Shown here piece by piece: positions 34,349-42,915 of a stretch of 64,000 bases of DNA. Made by a program: the position numbers and the translations under genes. The stretch comes from Dehalococcoidia bacterium. Its GTDB lineage: Bacteria > Chloroflexota > Dehalococcoidia > Lucifugimonadales > UBA2962. The notes beneath the pieces are model-generated. The model worked only from the letters and a program-made list of their open reading frames with translations, did not search any database and was not told where the DNA came from. The stretch's first letter is position 1. Each line of letters opens with the position of its first letter. Where the stretch lies: the NCBI GenBank assembly GCA_965250195.1, contig OZ252295.1, forward strand, positions 1,295,212 to 1,359,211, written 5' to 3'.

Positions 34349-35131
34349 GTGAACAGGCCCATTTTGCCGCGATTGGAGGGAAAGGTCGCTATCGTGACCG
34401 GCGCCGCCGGTGGCATGGGCGCCGTTGAGGCAAGACTGTTCGCCCAAGAGGGCGCCGTCGTAATCCTCACCGACGTCCAGGACGAGCTCGGGCGCGGCGT
34501 CGCCGAGCAGATAACGATAGACTCAGCCGACCGTGGCGGGAGCGCCGGTTACCTTTCGCTCAATGTCGCAAGCGAAGACCAGTGGGAACGGGTCATCGAG
34601 CACACCCTGCGGGTGCACGGTAGATTGGACGTGCTGGTCAACAACGCGGGCATCGGCGGCGGCGGCGATGAGGTCACCGACTTCACCGTCGAGCAGTGGG
34701 ACAGGGTGCTGGGCGTGAACGCCACCGGCGTCTTTCTCGGTACCAAGCTCGGTGCTCTCGCAATGCAACGTACAGGAGCCGGCTCCATCATCAACATCTC
34801 CTCCGTCTATGGGCTGGTCGGGGCAAACCGAGGGGCCGCGTATCCTGCATCAAAAGGCGCCGTCCGGGCGTTTACAAAGGCCGCTGCAGTGCAATTGGCC
34901 CCAGACAACATCCGGGTGAATTCAGTCCATCCCGGCTTCATAGACACCCCGCAGACGAGGTGGATGTTGGAAGATCCCGAGATCGTCCGTGAACTGAAAG
35001 ACCGCACACCCCTGGGCCGAATCGCCACGCCCGAGGACATCGCCCCTGGCGTGCTCTACCTGGCCAGCGACGAGTCGGCGTACATGACCGGAGCCGAATT
35101 CGTCATCGACGGCGGGATAACGGCCCAGTGA
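34349..35131 (+). CDS. SDR family oxidoreductase (paralog 1 of a tandem pair)
   Basis: TGAAGGMG, NNAG and YPASKGAV motifs. The start is chosen by alignment to paralog 2 (MNRLEGKVA...); the tracked ORF starts at 34313. Confidence 0.85.
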   Translation: MNRPILPRLEGKVAIVTGAAGGMGAVEARLFAQEGAVVILTDVQDELGRGVAEQITIDSADRGGSAGYLSLNVASEDQWERVIEHTLRVHGRLDVLVNNAGIGGGGDEVTDFTVEQWDRVLGVNATGVFLGTKLGALAMQRTGAGSIINISSVYGLVGANRGAAYPASKGAVRAFTKAAAVQLAPDNIRVNSVHPGFIDTPQTRWMLEDPEIVRELKDRTPLGRIATPEDIAPGVLYLASDESAYMTGAEFVIDGGITAQ

Positions 35132-35886
35132 ATCGACTGGAAGGCAAGGTCGCTCTTATCACCGGCGCGGCCGGTGGCATGGGCGCGGCTGAGGCGAGAC
35201 TGTTCGCCCAAGAGGGTGCCGTCGTAATCCTCACCGACGTCCAGGACGAACTGGGCGAAAAAACTGCCCGAGACGTTACCAAATCGGGCGACCCGGCCGT
35301 CTACCGGCGCCTCAACGTGTCGTCCGAGTCCGAATGGATCGAAACAATCGACTGGGTCGAGTCGTGTTATGGCCGACTGGACGTGGTGGTAAACAACGCG
35401 GGCATTTTCAGCGGTCGCGTCGGCCGCCTCGTCGACTACACTGCCGATGACTGGGACCGCGTCATCGCCGTCAACGCCACAGGCGTGTTTCTCGGCACCA
35501 AGCACGGAGCACGTTCCATGCGCAACGCGACCGGCGGTTCGATAGTCAACATTTCCTCGGTCTATGGACTGGTTGGCGCTGCGGGTGAGGCCCCGTATCC
35601 GGCTTCAAAAGGTGCAGTACGGTCATTTACCAAGGCCGCTGCGGTGCAATTGGCCCCAGACAACATCCGGGTAAATTCAGTTCACCCCGGCTTCATCGAC
35701 ACCCCCCAGTCGGCCTCCCTCATGGACGACCCCGTCGAGCGGGCCAAGCTGGTCGAGCGCACCCCCATCGGCCGCATCGGCACATCTGAGGACGTAGCGT
35801 GGGGGGTTCTCTACCTGGCCAGTGACGAGTCGGCGTACATGACCGGCGCCGAGTTCGTCATAGATGGCGGCGTAACGGCCTATTAG
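35128..35886 (+). CDS. SDR family oxidoreductase (paralog 2 of a tandem pair)
   Basis: Same motifs as paralog 1. The GTG start overlaps the paralog 1 stop codon (GTGA). Confidence 0.88.
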   Translation: MNRLEGKVALITGAAGGMGAAEARLFAQEGAVVILTDVQDELGEKTARDVTKSGDPAVYRRLNVSSESEWIETIDWVESCYGRLDVVVNNAGIFSGRVGRLVDYTADDWDRVIAVNATGVFLGTKHGARSMRNATGGSIVNISSVYGLVGAAGEAPYPASKGAVRSFTKAAAVQLAPDNIRVNSVHPGFIDTPQSASLMDDPVERAKLVERTPIGRIGTSEDVAWGVLYLASDESAYMTGAEFVIDGGVTAY

Positions 35887-35942
35887 GCCCCTTTGGACGG
35901 CTTCGCCCCTTGGTTGGGTGATCCGAATCGGGGGTTCATCCG

Positions 35943-37190
35943 CTACGTCCGTGGTTTCTTAGGGGAAACCGTTCCGGCACCTACTTCGAAAAGATGCATG
36001 TCGGCTCTGCGGGCCGGTTCCACTGCATCAAGTTCGGCCGTCGTTATCAGGCACTGGTCGTAGCCCGCCACCCTGTCCAGTACCAGTTCTCGGCGCACCG
36101 GGTCCAGTTCCGATAGCACATCGTCGAGCAAGATTACGGGAGTCTCCCCCAGTTGCTCCGACAGGTATTCGGCCTCTGCCAGCTTGAGCGCTAGGACAGC
36201 CGACCGTGCCTGGCCGCGGGACGCGTAGCGAGCGGCCTCGGCGCCGTCGATCAGGATCCGCAGGTCGTCCCGGTGCGGCCCGACCGACGTATTTCCTGCG
36301 GCGGTGTCGCGGCGGCTGGTTTTGGCCAGCGCCGCCGCCAGCGCGACTGTGATGCCATCGGCATCCGCTCCCTCCGACGCCGGGACAGTGAAACTGGCCT
36401 CATAATCGATGTCCAGCTTCTGCGAGCCATTGGACAGGTCTGCGTAGACCGACGCGGACTGCCTTCTCAGCAACTCCATGGACCGGAAACGGGCCGCCAC
36501 AATGTACCCGCCGTCCTGTGCCACCCGCTGATCCCATGGGGCCAGTTCGCCCGTGCTTGAACGGCCGTCGCGGATGGCACGCAGCAGGTGATTGCGCTGG
36601 ATGACGCCCCGTCCGTAGCGCTGGAGAGCACGCAAGTAAGAGCGGTCGTGCTGGGAAATGAGAATGTCCAGGTAGCGCCTACGCCCCGATGGCGAGCCGT
36701 AGACCAGCTCCAGGTCCGCGGCCGAGAACAGCACCGCGTTGACCTCTCCTATCAACGCTGACGCAGTTCGGGGCGCGCCGTTCACCCTGAGCGTTTTTTG
36801 GAACGAGACACCGGTCCAATCGTCGGCGACGTTGTCGCGCCCGGTGAGTTCCGGGACAGGGTCGCCGCCGGGATTTCCGTAGTCTGCGGGCCCGAGCAGG
36901 TCGATCTGCACAGTTACCGTGTCTCCAGACCGGTCCACCGTCGCCGACACTACCGTATGCGCCTGCTCGCCTGTCCGGCCGGGACCCTCATAGGCCTTGC
37001 CAAAGCCGACCAGCTCCCTGTCCACCTGTGCCCTGGGCGACTTGGCGACAGCCAACAGGTAGAGCGCCTCCAGCAGATTGCTCTTGCCGTTCCCGTTGGC
37101 GCCGTGAAGCAGGCTCACGCCGGGGCTCAAGTCGAGCTGAAGCGCGGCGAAGTTGCGAAACCTCTTCAACGTGAGGTGAGAAAGGTGAAT
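35943..37190 (-). CDS. recF: DNA replication and repair protein RecF (proposed ATT start)
   Basis: FRNF...LHGANGNGKSNLLEA Walker A, an ABC-like signature and Walker B LLDDVLSELD. The tracked TTG start (37169) leaves only 3 residues before FRNF. ATT at 37190, with GGAGA 8 nt upstream, restores the usual 10-residue N-terminal strand. Confidence 0.88.
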   Translation of the reverse strand: MHLSHLTLKRFRNFAALQLDLSPGVSLLHGANGNGKSNLLEALYLLAVAKSPRAQVDRELVGFGKAYEGPGRTGEQAHTVVSATVDRSGDTVTVQIDLLGPADYGNPGGDPVPELTGRDNVADDWTGVSFQKTLRVNGAPRTASALIGEVNAVLFSAADLELVYGSPSGRRRYLDILISQHDRSYLRALQRYGRGVIQRNHLLRAIRDGRSSTGELAPWDQRVAQDGGYIVAARFRSMELLRRQSASVYADLSNGSQKLDIDYEASFTVPASEGADADGITVALAAALAKTSRRDTAAGNTSVGPHRDDLRILIDGAEAARYASRGQARSAVLALKLAEAEYLSEQLGETPVILLDDVLSELDPVRRELVLDRVAGYDQCLITTAELDAVEPARRADMHLFEVGAGTVSPKKPRT

Positions 37191-37226
37191 GTTTTCGATC
37201 TCCGACTTCGGCCCGTGTGGTCCAGT

Positions 37227-39266
37227 CTATTCGCTCACTGAGAGCGCCTTGATAAGGCCCAAAAACTCGTCCTCGTCCAGGATCTCGACGCCAAGTTCTT
37301 GTGCCGACGCCAGCTTGGACCCGGCGTCCGCGCCCGCTACGAGATAGTTTGTTTTTTTACTGACGCCCCCGCTGACGGCGCCGCCAAGACCTTTAATGCG
37401 ACCTTGCACATCGGACCGGCTGAAGCGCTCCAGTCTGCCTGTGACCACGAACCGCAGCCCCTCGAAGATCTGCGGCTCTGGTTCACCCGGGTCCTCATCA
37501 CGAAGATTGACGCCGGCCTCCCGGAGCTTGCCGACGACGGCCCGGTTCGTCTCGTCCGAAAAGTAGTCGGCGACGCTGGCCGCTATCTTCGGCCCTATGC
37601 CTGGCACCGCCTCGATGTCCTGCGGAGAAGCATCCATCACCTCGTCGATGTCCCGGAAACGGCGGGCCAGCAGTTCGGCCACCTCGGTGCCGACGAACTT
37701 GATGCCCAGCGCTACCAGCACTCGCGCCAGTGGCTGGCTCTTGCTGGCGTTTATGGCATTGAGCAAATTGGTGACGGAGATCTCGCCCATGCGATTTGTG
37801 GTTAAAAGATCATCTCGCCGTTTGTGCAGGGAATAGATGCCGGCGGCATCCTCAATGAAGCCCTGCGCCAAAAACAGCGCGACCTGTTTTTCACCGAGCC
37901 CGTCAATGTCCATCGCGCCCTTCGACACGAAGTGCTCAATGAGCCGGGTGAGCTGGGCTGGACAGCTAGCGTTCATGCAGTACGAGCTAGCCTCGTCCTG
38001 TGGCCGGACCACGTCATGGCCGCACACCGGGCATCGTTTTGGCATGACGAACTTGCGGGGTCGGCCGGTGCGCCTCTCCGGAAGAGAACGGACCACCTGC
38101 GGTATCACCTCACCCGCCCTCTCGACGATCACCCGGTCGCCCCTGCGCAGGTCCTTGGACCGGATGTAGTCCTCGTTGTGCAGCGTCGCCTGTTTCACCG
38201 TGGCCCCGTTAATGACTACCGGCTCTAGTACTGCATAAGGGTTGATGGTGCCGGTGCGGCCCACGTTTACTCTTATGTCCAGGAGGGTGGTCTCACGCTG
38301 TTCGGCGGGGAACTTGTAAGCGATGGCCCAGCGCGGCTCCCTGCCGACGTGTCCAAGGTGGTGCTGATAGTCGAACCGGTTCACCTTCACAACGACGCCG
38401 TCGCAGGCGTAGTCCAGGTCGTCCTTGCCCTCTAGCCACTGCCGGTAGTAATCGACCGCCTCTTCGGGAGAGCCGACGAGCCGGTTGTGCGGGTTGACGC
38501 TGAAACCCAGGCCGGACAGGTACTGCAGCGTGGCGAAGTGCGTATCGGTCGGGACCACGTCCTCCGGGTACCCAAGGGAGTAGACGTAGATGTCCAGCGG
38601 CCGCTCGGCCGTGGCGGTGGGGTCGATCTGCCGCAGCGACCCGGCGGCCGTGTTGCGCGGGTTGGCATAAAGGGGCAGGCCCTCGGCCTCCCGTTTGGCG
38701 TTGAATTTTTCGAACTCTGAGATGGGGAACAGAACCTCGCCGCGAACTTCAAAGGTGGCAGGATAATCCCCCACCACGCTCTTGGGCAGACGCTCAATCG
38801 TGCGCAGATTGGCCGTCACGTCCTCGCCCACGCGGCCGTTGCCACGGGTCGCTCCTCGCGTGAACTTGCCGTCCTCGTAGGTAAGGGCTACGGCGAGGCC
38901 GTCGTACTTGAGCTCACACGCCATCTCGAAATCGTCTCCGATCAGCTCGGCGGCCCGCCCATGCCACCCGAGCAGGTCTTCGGGCTCGAAGGCGTTGCCC
39001 AGGCTGAGCAGAGGCACCGGGTGGGTGACCTCGGAAAAGCCTCTCGAAGGCGCGGCCCCGACCACCTGAGTCGGCGAATCGGGGCTGGCCAACTCCGGGT
39101 GATCGGCCTCCAGCGCCCGCAGTTCCTGCATCAACACGTCGTACTCGGCGTCGCCGATCTCGGGCGTGTCCTGCCCGTGGTACAGTGCGTTATGGTGCAG
39201 AATCTCGGCGCGAAGCTCGGCGACTTGTTCGCTGACGTTCGTTAGTGCACCGGCGCCATCTACCAT
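37227..39266 (-). CDS. ligA: NAD-dependent DNA ligase LigA
   Basis: Adenylation motif CELKYDG, a Zn finger CPVCGHDV...C..C, HhH repeats and a C-terminal BRCT domain. The start is ATG 39266 (MVDGAG...); GTG 39296 is also possible. Confidence 0.93.
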   Translation of the reverse strand: MVDGAGALTNVSEQVAELRAEILHHNALYHGQDTPEIGDAEYDVLMQELRALEADHPELASPDSPTQVVGAAPSRGFSEVTHPVPLLSLGNAFEPEDLLGWHGRAAELIGDDFEMACELKYDGLAVALTYEDGKFTRGATRGNGRVGEDVTANLRTIERLPKSVVGDYPATFEVRGEVLFPISEFEKFNAKREAEGLPLYANPRNTAAGSLRQIDPTATAERPLDIYVYSLGYPEDVVPTDTHFATLQYLSGLGFSVNPHNRLVGSPEEAVDYYRQWLEGKDDLDYACDGVVVKVNRFDYQHHLGHVGREPRWAIAYKFPAEQRETTLLDIRVNVGRTGTINPYAVLEPVVINGATVKQATLHNEDYIRSKDLRRGDRVIVERAGEVIPQVVRSLPERRTGRPRKFVMPKRCPVCGHDVVRPQDEASSYCMNASCPAQLTRLIEHFVSKGAMDIDGLGEKQVALFLAQGFIEDAAGIYSLHKRRDDLLTTNRMGEISVTNLLNAINASKSQPLARVLVALGIKFVGTEVAELLARRFRDIDEVMDASPQDIEAVPGIGPKIAASVADYFSDETNRAVVGKLREAGVNLRDEDPGEPEPQIFEGLRFVVTGRLERFSRSDVQGRIKGLGGAVSGGVSKKTNYLVAGADAGSKLASAQELGVEILDEDEFLGLIKALSVSE

Positions 39267-39286
39267 GTCGTGCGGCCCGGCGGGCC

Positions 39287-40237
39287 TCAGTCCCACATGC
39301 CGGTGCTGAAGTACCGTTCGCCCAGGTCGTTAAAGATCGTCACGACCCTCGCGCCCCTTTGTACGGCTCGATCAATGGCCGCCACCCCGACCGCCGCCAC
39401 GAGGTACGCCCCCGACGACTGGCCCACGAACACACCCCGAGATGCCATGACCTTGGCCATCTCGACCGCCTCGTCCAGGCCTACGGAAACGCGCTCGTCA
39501 ATAACGCTCTCGTCCAGAATCTCTGGAACGAGGTTGTCCTCGTCGAGAGGCTTGAGACCCTCGATGCCACGCCAGTCACCGGGCTCAATGCAGATGACTT
39601 TGATGTCCGGGTCATGCTCTTTCAGGCGCCGGCCCACCCCCGTTATCGTTCCTCCTGTACCCACTCCTGCGACGAAATGGGTCAGGTCCTGCATCTGGCT
39701 GAGAATCTCTGTGGCAGTCGTCTCATAGTGGGCGATCCAGTTGTGGTCGTTGGCGTACTGGTTGCAGAAAAAATACCGGTCCGGGTCGGCTTCGTAGCGG
39801 CGCTTCACCTCGCGCATCGCCTCGTCGTACCCCAACAGCGGGTCCGTCTCGATGATCGTCGCGCCGTGTGCGAGCACGCGCTTCTTGCGCTCCTCAGAGG
39901 CGTTGCCCGGCATGACCAGCTCGACCTTGCGGCCGATGACCGCCCCGATCATCGCGTAGGCGATACCGGCGTTGCCGGAGGTGGAATCGATGAGAGTCTT
40001 GTTTTCGGGCAGGTCCCCGTCGAGCACCGCCTCCACCATCATGCGCAGGACCGGCCTGTCCTTAATGGAGCCGCCAGGGTTGAGGTTCTCCAACTTGGCG
40101 TAGACCTGCAGGTTACGTCCGGACCCGTTCGTCTCGCCGAGTCCAGAAAGGTCGACCCTAACCAGAGGCGTATCGCCGATAGTGCCGAGCAGTGGGTAAT
40201 CGGCAATGAACTCGAGGTACCGAGCCTTATCCTTCAA
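39287..40237 (-). CDS. PLP-dependent cysteine synthase family protein (CysK/CysM-like)
   Basis: GDTPLVRV...NPGGSIKDRPV (PLP-lysine motif), TSGNAGIA, and GTGGTITG. TTG start. Confidence 0.85.
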   Translation of the reverse strand: MKDKARYLEFIADYPLLGTIGDTPLVRVDLSGLGETNGSGRNLQVYAKLENLNPGGSIKDRPVLRMMVEAVLDGDLPENKTLIDSTSGNAGIAYAMIGAVIGRKVELVMPGNASEERKKRVLAHGATIIETDPLLGYDEAMREVKRRYEADPDRYFFCNQYANDHNWIAHYETTATEILSQMQDLTHFVAGVGTGGTITGVGRRLKEHDPDIKVICIEPGDWRGIEGLKPLDEDNLVPEILDESVIDERVSVGLDEAVEMAKVMASRGVFVGQSSGAYLVAAVGVAAIDRAVQRGARVVTIFNDLGERYFSTGMWD

Positions 40238-40336
40238 TGGGGGTTGCCTTCTTTTACTGCGGGATGTCGCTCGCGGATGGGCGCCTGGCGGGCCGGGTGC
40301 CTACAGGGCAGGATATCGCTCACCACTACGCCCGTG

Positions 40337-40370
40337 CAAAAACGAGGACCGGGCCAACGGCCCGGTCCTC
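40337..40370 (-). terminator. Intrinsic terminator downstream of gyrB
   Basis: The minus strand reads GAGGACCGGGCC-gtt-GGCCCGGTCCTC (12-bp perfect GC-rich stem) followed by GTTTTTG, about 50 nt after the gyrB stop codon. Confidence 0.75.
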
Positions 40371-40418
40371 CATTACGCTCACGCCAAACCCCGGGGCGGC
40401 CTCCGGCCGACCCGGCCA

Positions 40419-42374
40419 CTACACGTCCAAGTTCCTCACTTCGAGTGCGTGTGTTTCGATGAATTCTCGCCGCGGCTGAACGAGGTCGCCCATGAGCAGC
40501 GTGAAGACCATGTCCGCCTCGGCCGCGTCGTCCACCGACACCTGCAAAAGCGTTCTCGTCTCCGGGTTCATCGTCGTGTCCCAAAGCTGCTCCGCATTCA
40601 TCTCGCCCAGGCCCTTGTAGCGCTGTAGGCCCACGCTGCGCTTGTTTTTGAGCTGCAGCATTATCCCCTCACGCTCGCCTTCTGAGTACGCATAGGCCAC
40701 GGTCTTACCGGACGAGACGCGGTACAGGGGAGGCTGCGCGATGTAGAGGTGGCCGTGCTCAATGAGCAGCGGCATATGCCTGAAGAAGAACGTGAGCAAG
40801 AGCGTCCGGATGTGCGATCCGTCTACGTCGGCGTCGGTCATGATGATGATGCGGTGGTAGCGGAGCTTGGCGAGGTCCATTTCCTCGTCCATGCCAGCAC
40901 CGAAGGCCACGATCATGGCCCGGATTTCCTCGTGGGCCAGCATCTTGTCCGCCCTGGCCTTCTCCACGTTGAGAATCTTGCCCCGGAGCGGCAGAATCGC
41001 CTGCGTCTGCCTGTCGCGGCCCATCTTGGCCGTGCCCCCGGCGGAGTCGCCCTCCACCAGGTAAATCTCGCAGTTCTCCGGGTTCTTGTCCGAGCAGTCG
41101 GCCAGCTTGCCCGGCAACTGTCCGCCGTCCATGGCGTTCTTGCGGATAATGAGGTCCCGCGCCTTGCGAGCGGCCTCGCGGGCGCGCTGGGCCGTGATCG
41201 CCTTCTCGATGATGCGGCGGCCCTCCCTCGGGTGCTCTTCCAAATATGTCGTTAGCTCTTCGACCACGGCACCCTCTACCTGGGACCGAATCTCGGGGTT
41301 GCCGAGCTTGGCCTTGGTCTGGCCCTCGAACTGGGGGTCGGTGAGCTTCACGCTGACAACCGCCGTTAGTCCGTCCCGAGTATCGTCCCCGGCCAGATTG
41401 GGCTCGTTGTCCTTGATGATCTTCTGTTTGCGCCCGTAGTCGTTCATGACCCTGGTCAGCGCCGACCGGAGACCGGTCAGGTGAGAACCGCCGTCGACCG
41501 TGTTGATGCAGTTGGCGAACGACAGCACCGTTTCGCTGAAGCTCTCGTTGTAGAGCAAGGCCACCTCGACGATGGTGGAGTCAACCCGCTTTTCCAGGTA
41601 GATCGGTTCGGGGTGCAAGGTCGCGCGGCCGTGACCGAGATCGACCACGAACTGGGAGATGCCGCCCTCGTAGAAGAAATCGACCTTCATGGGACCGTCC
41701 AGCAGGTTCGCGTGCATCTCGGAAGCGAACCGGATGTGCAGCCCTCGGTTGAGGTAGGCCATCTCCTTGAAACGTTGAGTTAGAGTTTCAAACTCGTATA
41801 AGAAATCTCCAAATATTTCCGGGTCAGGCGTGAACGAAATAGTGGTGCCTTGTTCTTCCGCCGAAAGACCATCGGAGGTCTCCAGTTGGGTCACACTCTT
41901 GCCTCGAGAGAACTCCTGCTTGTACACGTTGCCGTCACGCCGCACCTCAACCAGCATCTCCACGGAAAGGGCGTTCACGACCGAGGCCCCGACGCCGTGC
42001 AGGCCGCCCGAAACCGTGTAAGCTTTGCCTCCGAACTTGCCCCCGGCATGGAGCGTGGTCATCACCGTCTCGACGGCGGAAAGCCCGGTCACGTCGTGGA
42101 TGTCCACCGGTATTCCGCGCCCGTCGTCGGCAACGGTGACTCGACCGTCCCGTTCTATGAGAATATCGACCTGCGTGGAGAACCCCGCCATGAACTCGTC
42201 CACCGAGTTGTCTACAATCTCATAGACGAGGTGGTGCAGGCCCCGCTGGTCCGTGCTTCCGATGTACATACCAGGCCGTTTGCGGACCGCTTCCATGCCC
42301 TCCAGGACTTGGATGTCGCTGGCCGAATATGCGTCTGTGGACCCGCCTTTTTTACGGCTGCTCTTCTTGGCCAT
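40419..42374 (-). CDS. gyrB: DNA gyrase subunit B
   Basis: LEGMEAVRKRPGMYIGST, a GHKL ATPase domain, Toprim EIYLVEGDSAGG and the PLRGKILNVE motif. Length is 651 aa. Confidence 0.93.
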   Translation of the reverse strand: MAKKSSRKKGGSTDAYSASDIQVLEGMEAVRKRPGMYIGSTDQRGLHHLVYEIVDNSVDEFMAGFSTQVDILIERDGRVTVADDGRGIPVDIHDVTGLSAVETVMTTLHAGGKFGGKAYTVSGGLHGVGASVVNALSVEMLVEVRRDGNVYKQEFSRGKSVTQLETSDGLSAEEQGTTISFTPDPEIFGDFLYEFETLTQRFKEMAYLNRGLHIRFASEMHANLLDGPMKVDFFYEGGISQFVVDLGHGRATLHPEPIYLEKRVDSTIVEVALLYNESFSETVLSFANCINTVDGGSHLTGLRSALTRVMNDYGRKQKIIKDNEPNLAGDDTRDGLTAVVSVKLTDPQFEGQTKAKLGNPEIRSQVEGAVVEELTTYLEEHPREGRRIIEKAITAQRAREAARKARDLIIRKNAMDGGQLPGKLADCSDKNPENCEIYLVEGDSAGGTAKMGRDRQTQAILPLRGKILNVEKARADKMLAHEEIRAMIVAFGAGMDEEMDLAKLRYHRIIIMTDADVDGSHIRTLLLTFFFRHMPLLIEHGHLYIAQPPLYRVSSGKTVAYAYSEGEREGIMLQLKNKRSVGLQRYKGLGEMNAEQLWDTTMNPETRTLLQVSVDDAAEADMVFTLLMGDLVQPRREFIETHALEVRNLDV

Positions 42375-42410
42375 GAAGTACTCCGGGGAAAGAACGTTAG
42401 TTGCTGCCTA

Positions 42411-42439
42411 ATTTTACCAATTTCTGAGAATTAATTCAA
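42411..42439 (-). promoter_or_regulatory. Candidate sigma-70 promoter for gyrB (TTGAAT-N17-TAAAAT)
   Basis: The minus strand reads ggtTTGAATtaattctcagaaattggTAAAATtagg. The gyrB ATG follows 36 nt downstream with a GGAG Shine-Dalgarno and 6-nt spacer. Confidence 0.55.
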
Positions 42440-42493
42440 ACCATTTACGTGGATGTTATCGGACGGAAGCCCTCCGTACACCGTCACGGTTCG

Positions 42494-42522
42494 TTGACAC
42501 GGCCCGGAGACCGAACTACCAT
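42494..42522 (+). promoter_or_regulatory. Candidate sigma-70 promoter for the cobalamin riboswitch transcript (TTGACA-N17-TACCAT)
   Basis: TTGACA at 42494-42499 and TACCAT at 42517-42522, divergent from the gyrB promoter. Confidence 0.4.
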
Positions 42523-42559
42523 CCCGCCATTCGGCTTTCGGGACGGCTACAGGGCGCCC

Positions 42560-42716
42560 GAACCGGTTTAACAATCTAGAACGTTGGGATGAGGGTGCCC
42601 GTACGCTCCATATCGCTTGGAGCCAGGGCTTAATTGAGGAAGCCGGTCTGAGTCCGGCACTGTCCCGCAGCGGTAGGTCTCGAACCATCGAGACAAGTCC
42701 GATCAACTGCCCCCTC
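42560..42716 (+). promoter_or_regulatory. Cobalamin (B12) riboswitch
   Basis: The core AAUUGAGGAAGCCGGUCUGAGUCCGGCACUGUCCCGCAGCGGUAGG parallels the E. coli btuB leader core (AAUAGGGAAUCCAGUGCGAAUCUGGAGCUGACGCGCAGCGGUAAGG). A B12-box-like AAGUCCGAUCAACUGCC lies at 42695-42711. The downstream genes are btuFCD-like and cobQ. Confidence 0.8.
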
Positions 42717-42773
42717 CCGTGTTATTGACCTTCGAGGCAAAGGTACAGGCACGTCGGCCCCGGAATCCGGCAT

Positions 42774-42812
42774 AAGGCCCTGCACACAACTCGTGGCGGG
42801 GCCTTTTTGGTT
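42774..42812 (+). terminator. Hairpin plus T-run (first of two tandem terminator-like structures after the riboswitch)
   Basis: AAGGCCCTGC...GCGGGGCCTT forms a 10-bp stem including one G-U pair, with an inner CAC/GTG extension, followed by TTTTTGGTTT. Confidence 0.5.
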
Positions 42813-42832
42813 TCCGGAGTTTTAAAAAGACG

Positions 42833-42863
42833 ACTCCCGGTACGAAAGGCCGGGAGTTTTTTG
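42833..42863 (+). terminator. Canonical intrinsic terminator (second after the riboswitch; probable expression platform)
   Basis: ACTCCCGG-tacgaaagg-CCGGGAGT followed by a T6 run, 53 nt upstream of the binding-protein ATG. Confidence 0.65.
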
Positions 42864-42915
42864 TGCCTATTGGCCGGTCAAAGTATTTGGCCGGTTTGTC
42901 AGGAGATGACTGGAA

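Noticed and set aside
39245-40462. 405-aa plus-strand ORF overlapping the cysteine-synthase-like gene
   Set aside because: It is fully antisense to a CDS with clear PLP-enzyme motifs. It also runs through the gyrB terminator and spacer, and its translation is low-complexity Arg/Pro/His-rich.
42380-42560. Possible oriC / DnaA-box cluster next to gyrB (AT-rich patch, GTGGATGTTATC)
   Set aside because: There is only one imperfect TTATCCACA-like match and no repeated boxes or AT-rich 13-mers. The AT-rich patch is accounted for by a well-formed gyrB promoter, and dnaA/dnaN are absent.
42431-42706. 91-aa minus-strand ORF in the gyrB/btuF spacer
   Set aside because: The region is better explained by two divergent promoters and a cobalamin riboswitch on the + strand. 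The ORF has no Shine-Dalgarno and would run antisense through the riboswitch core.
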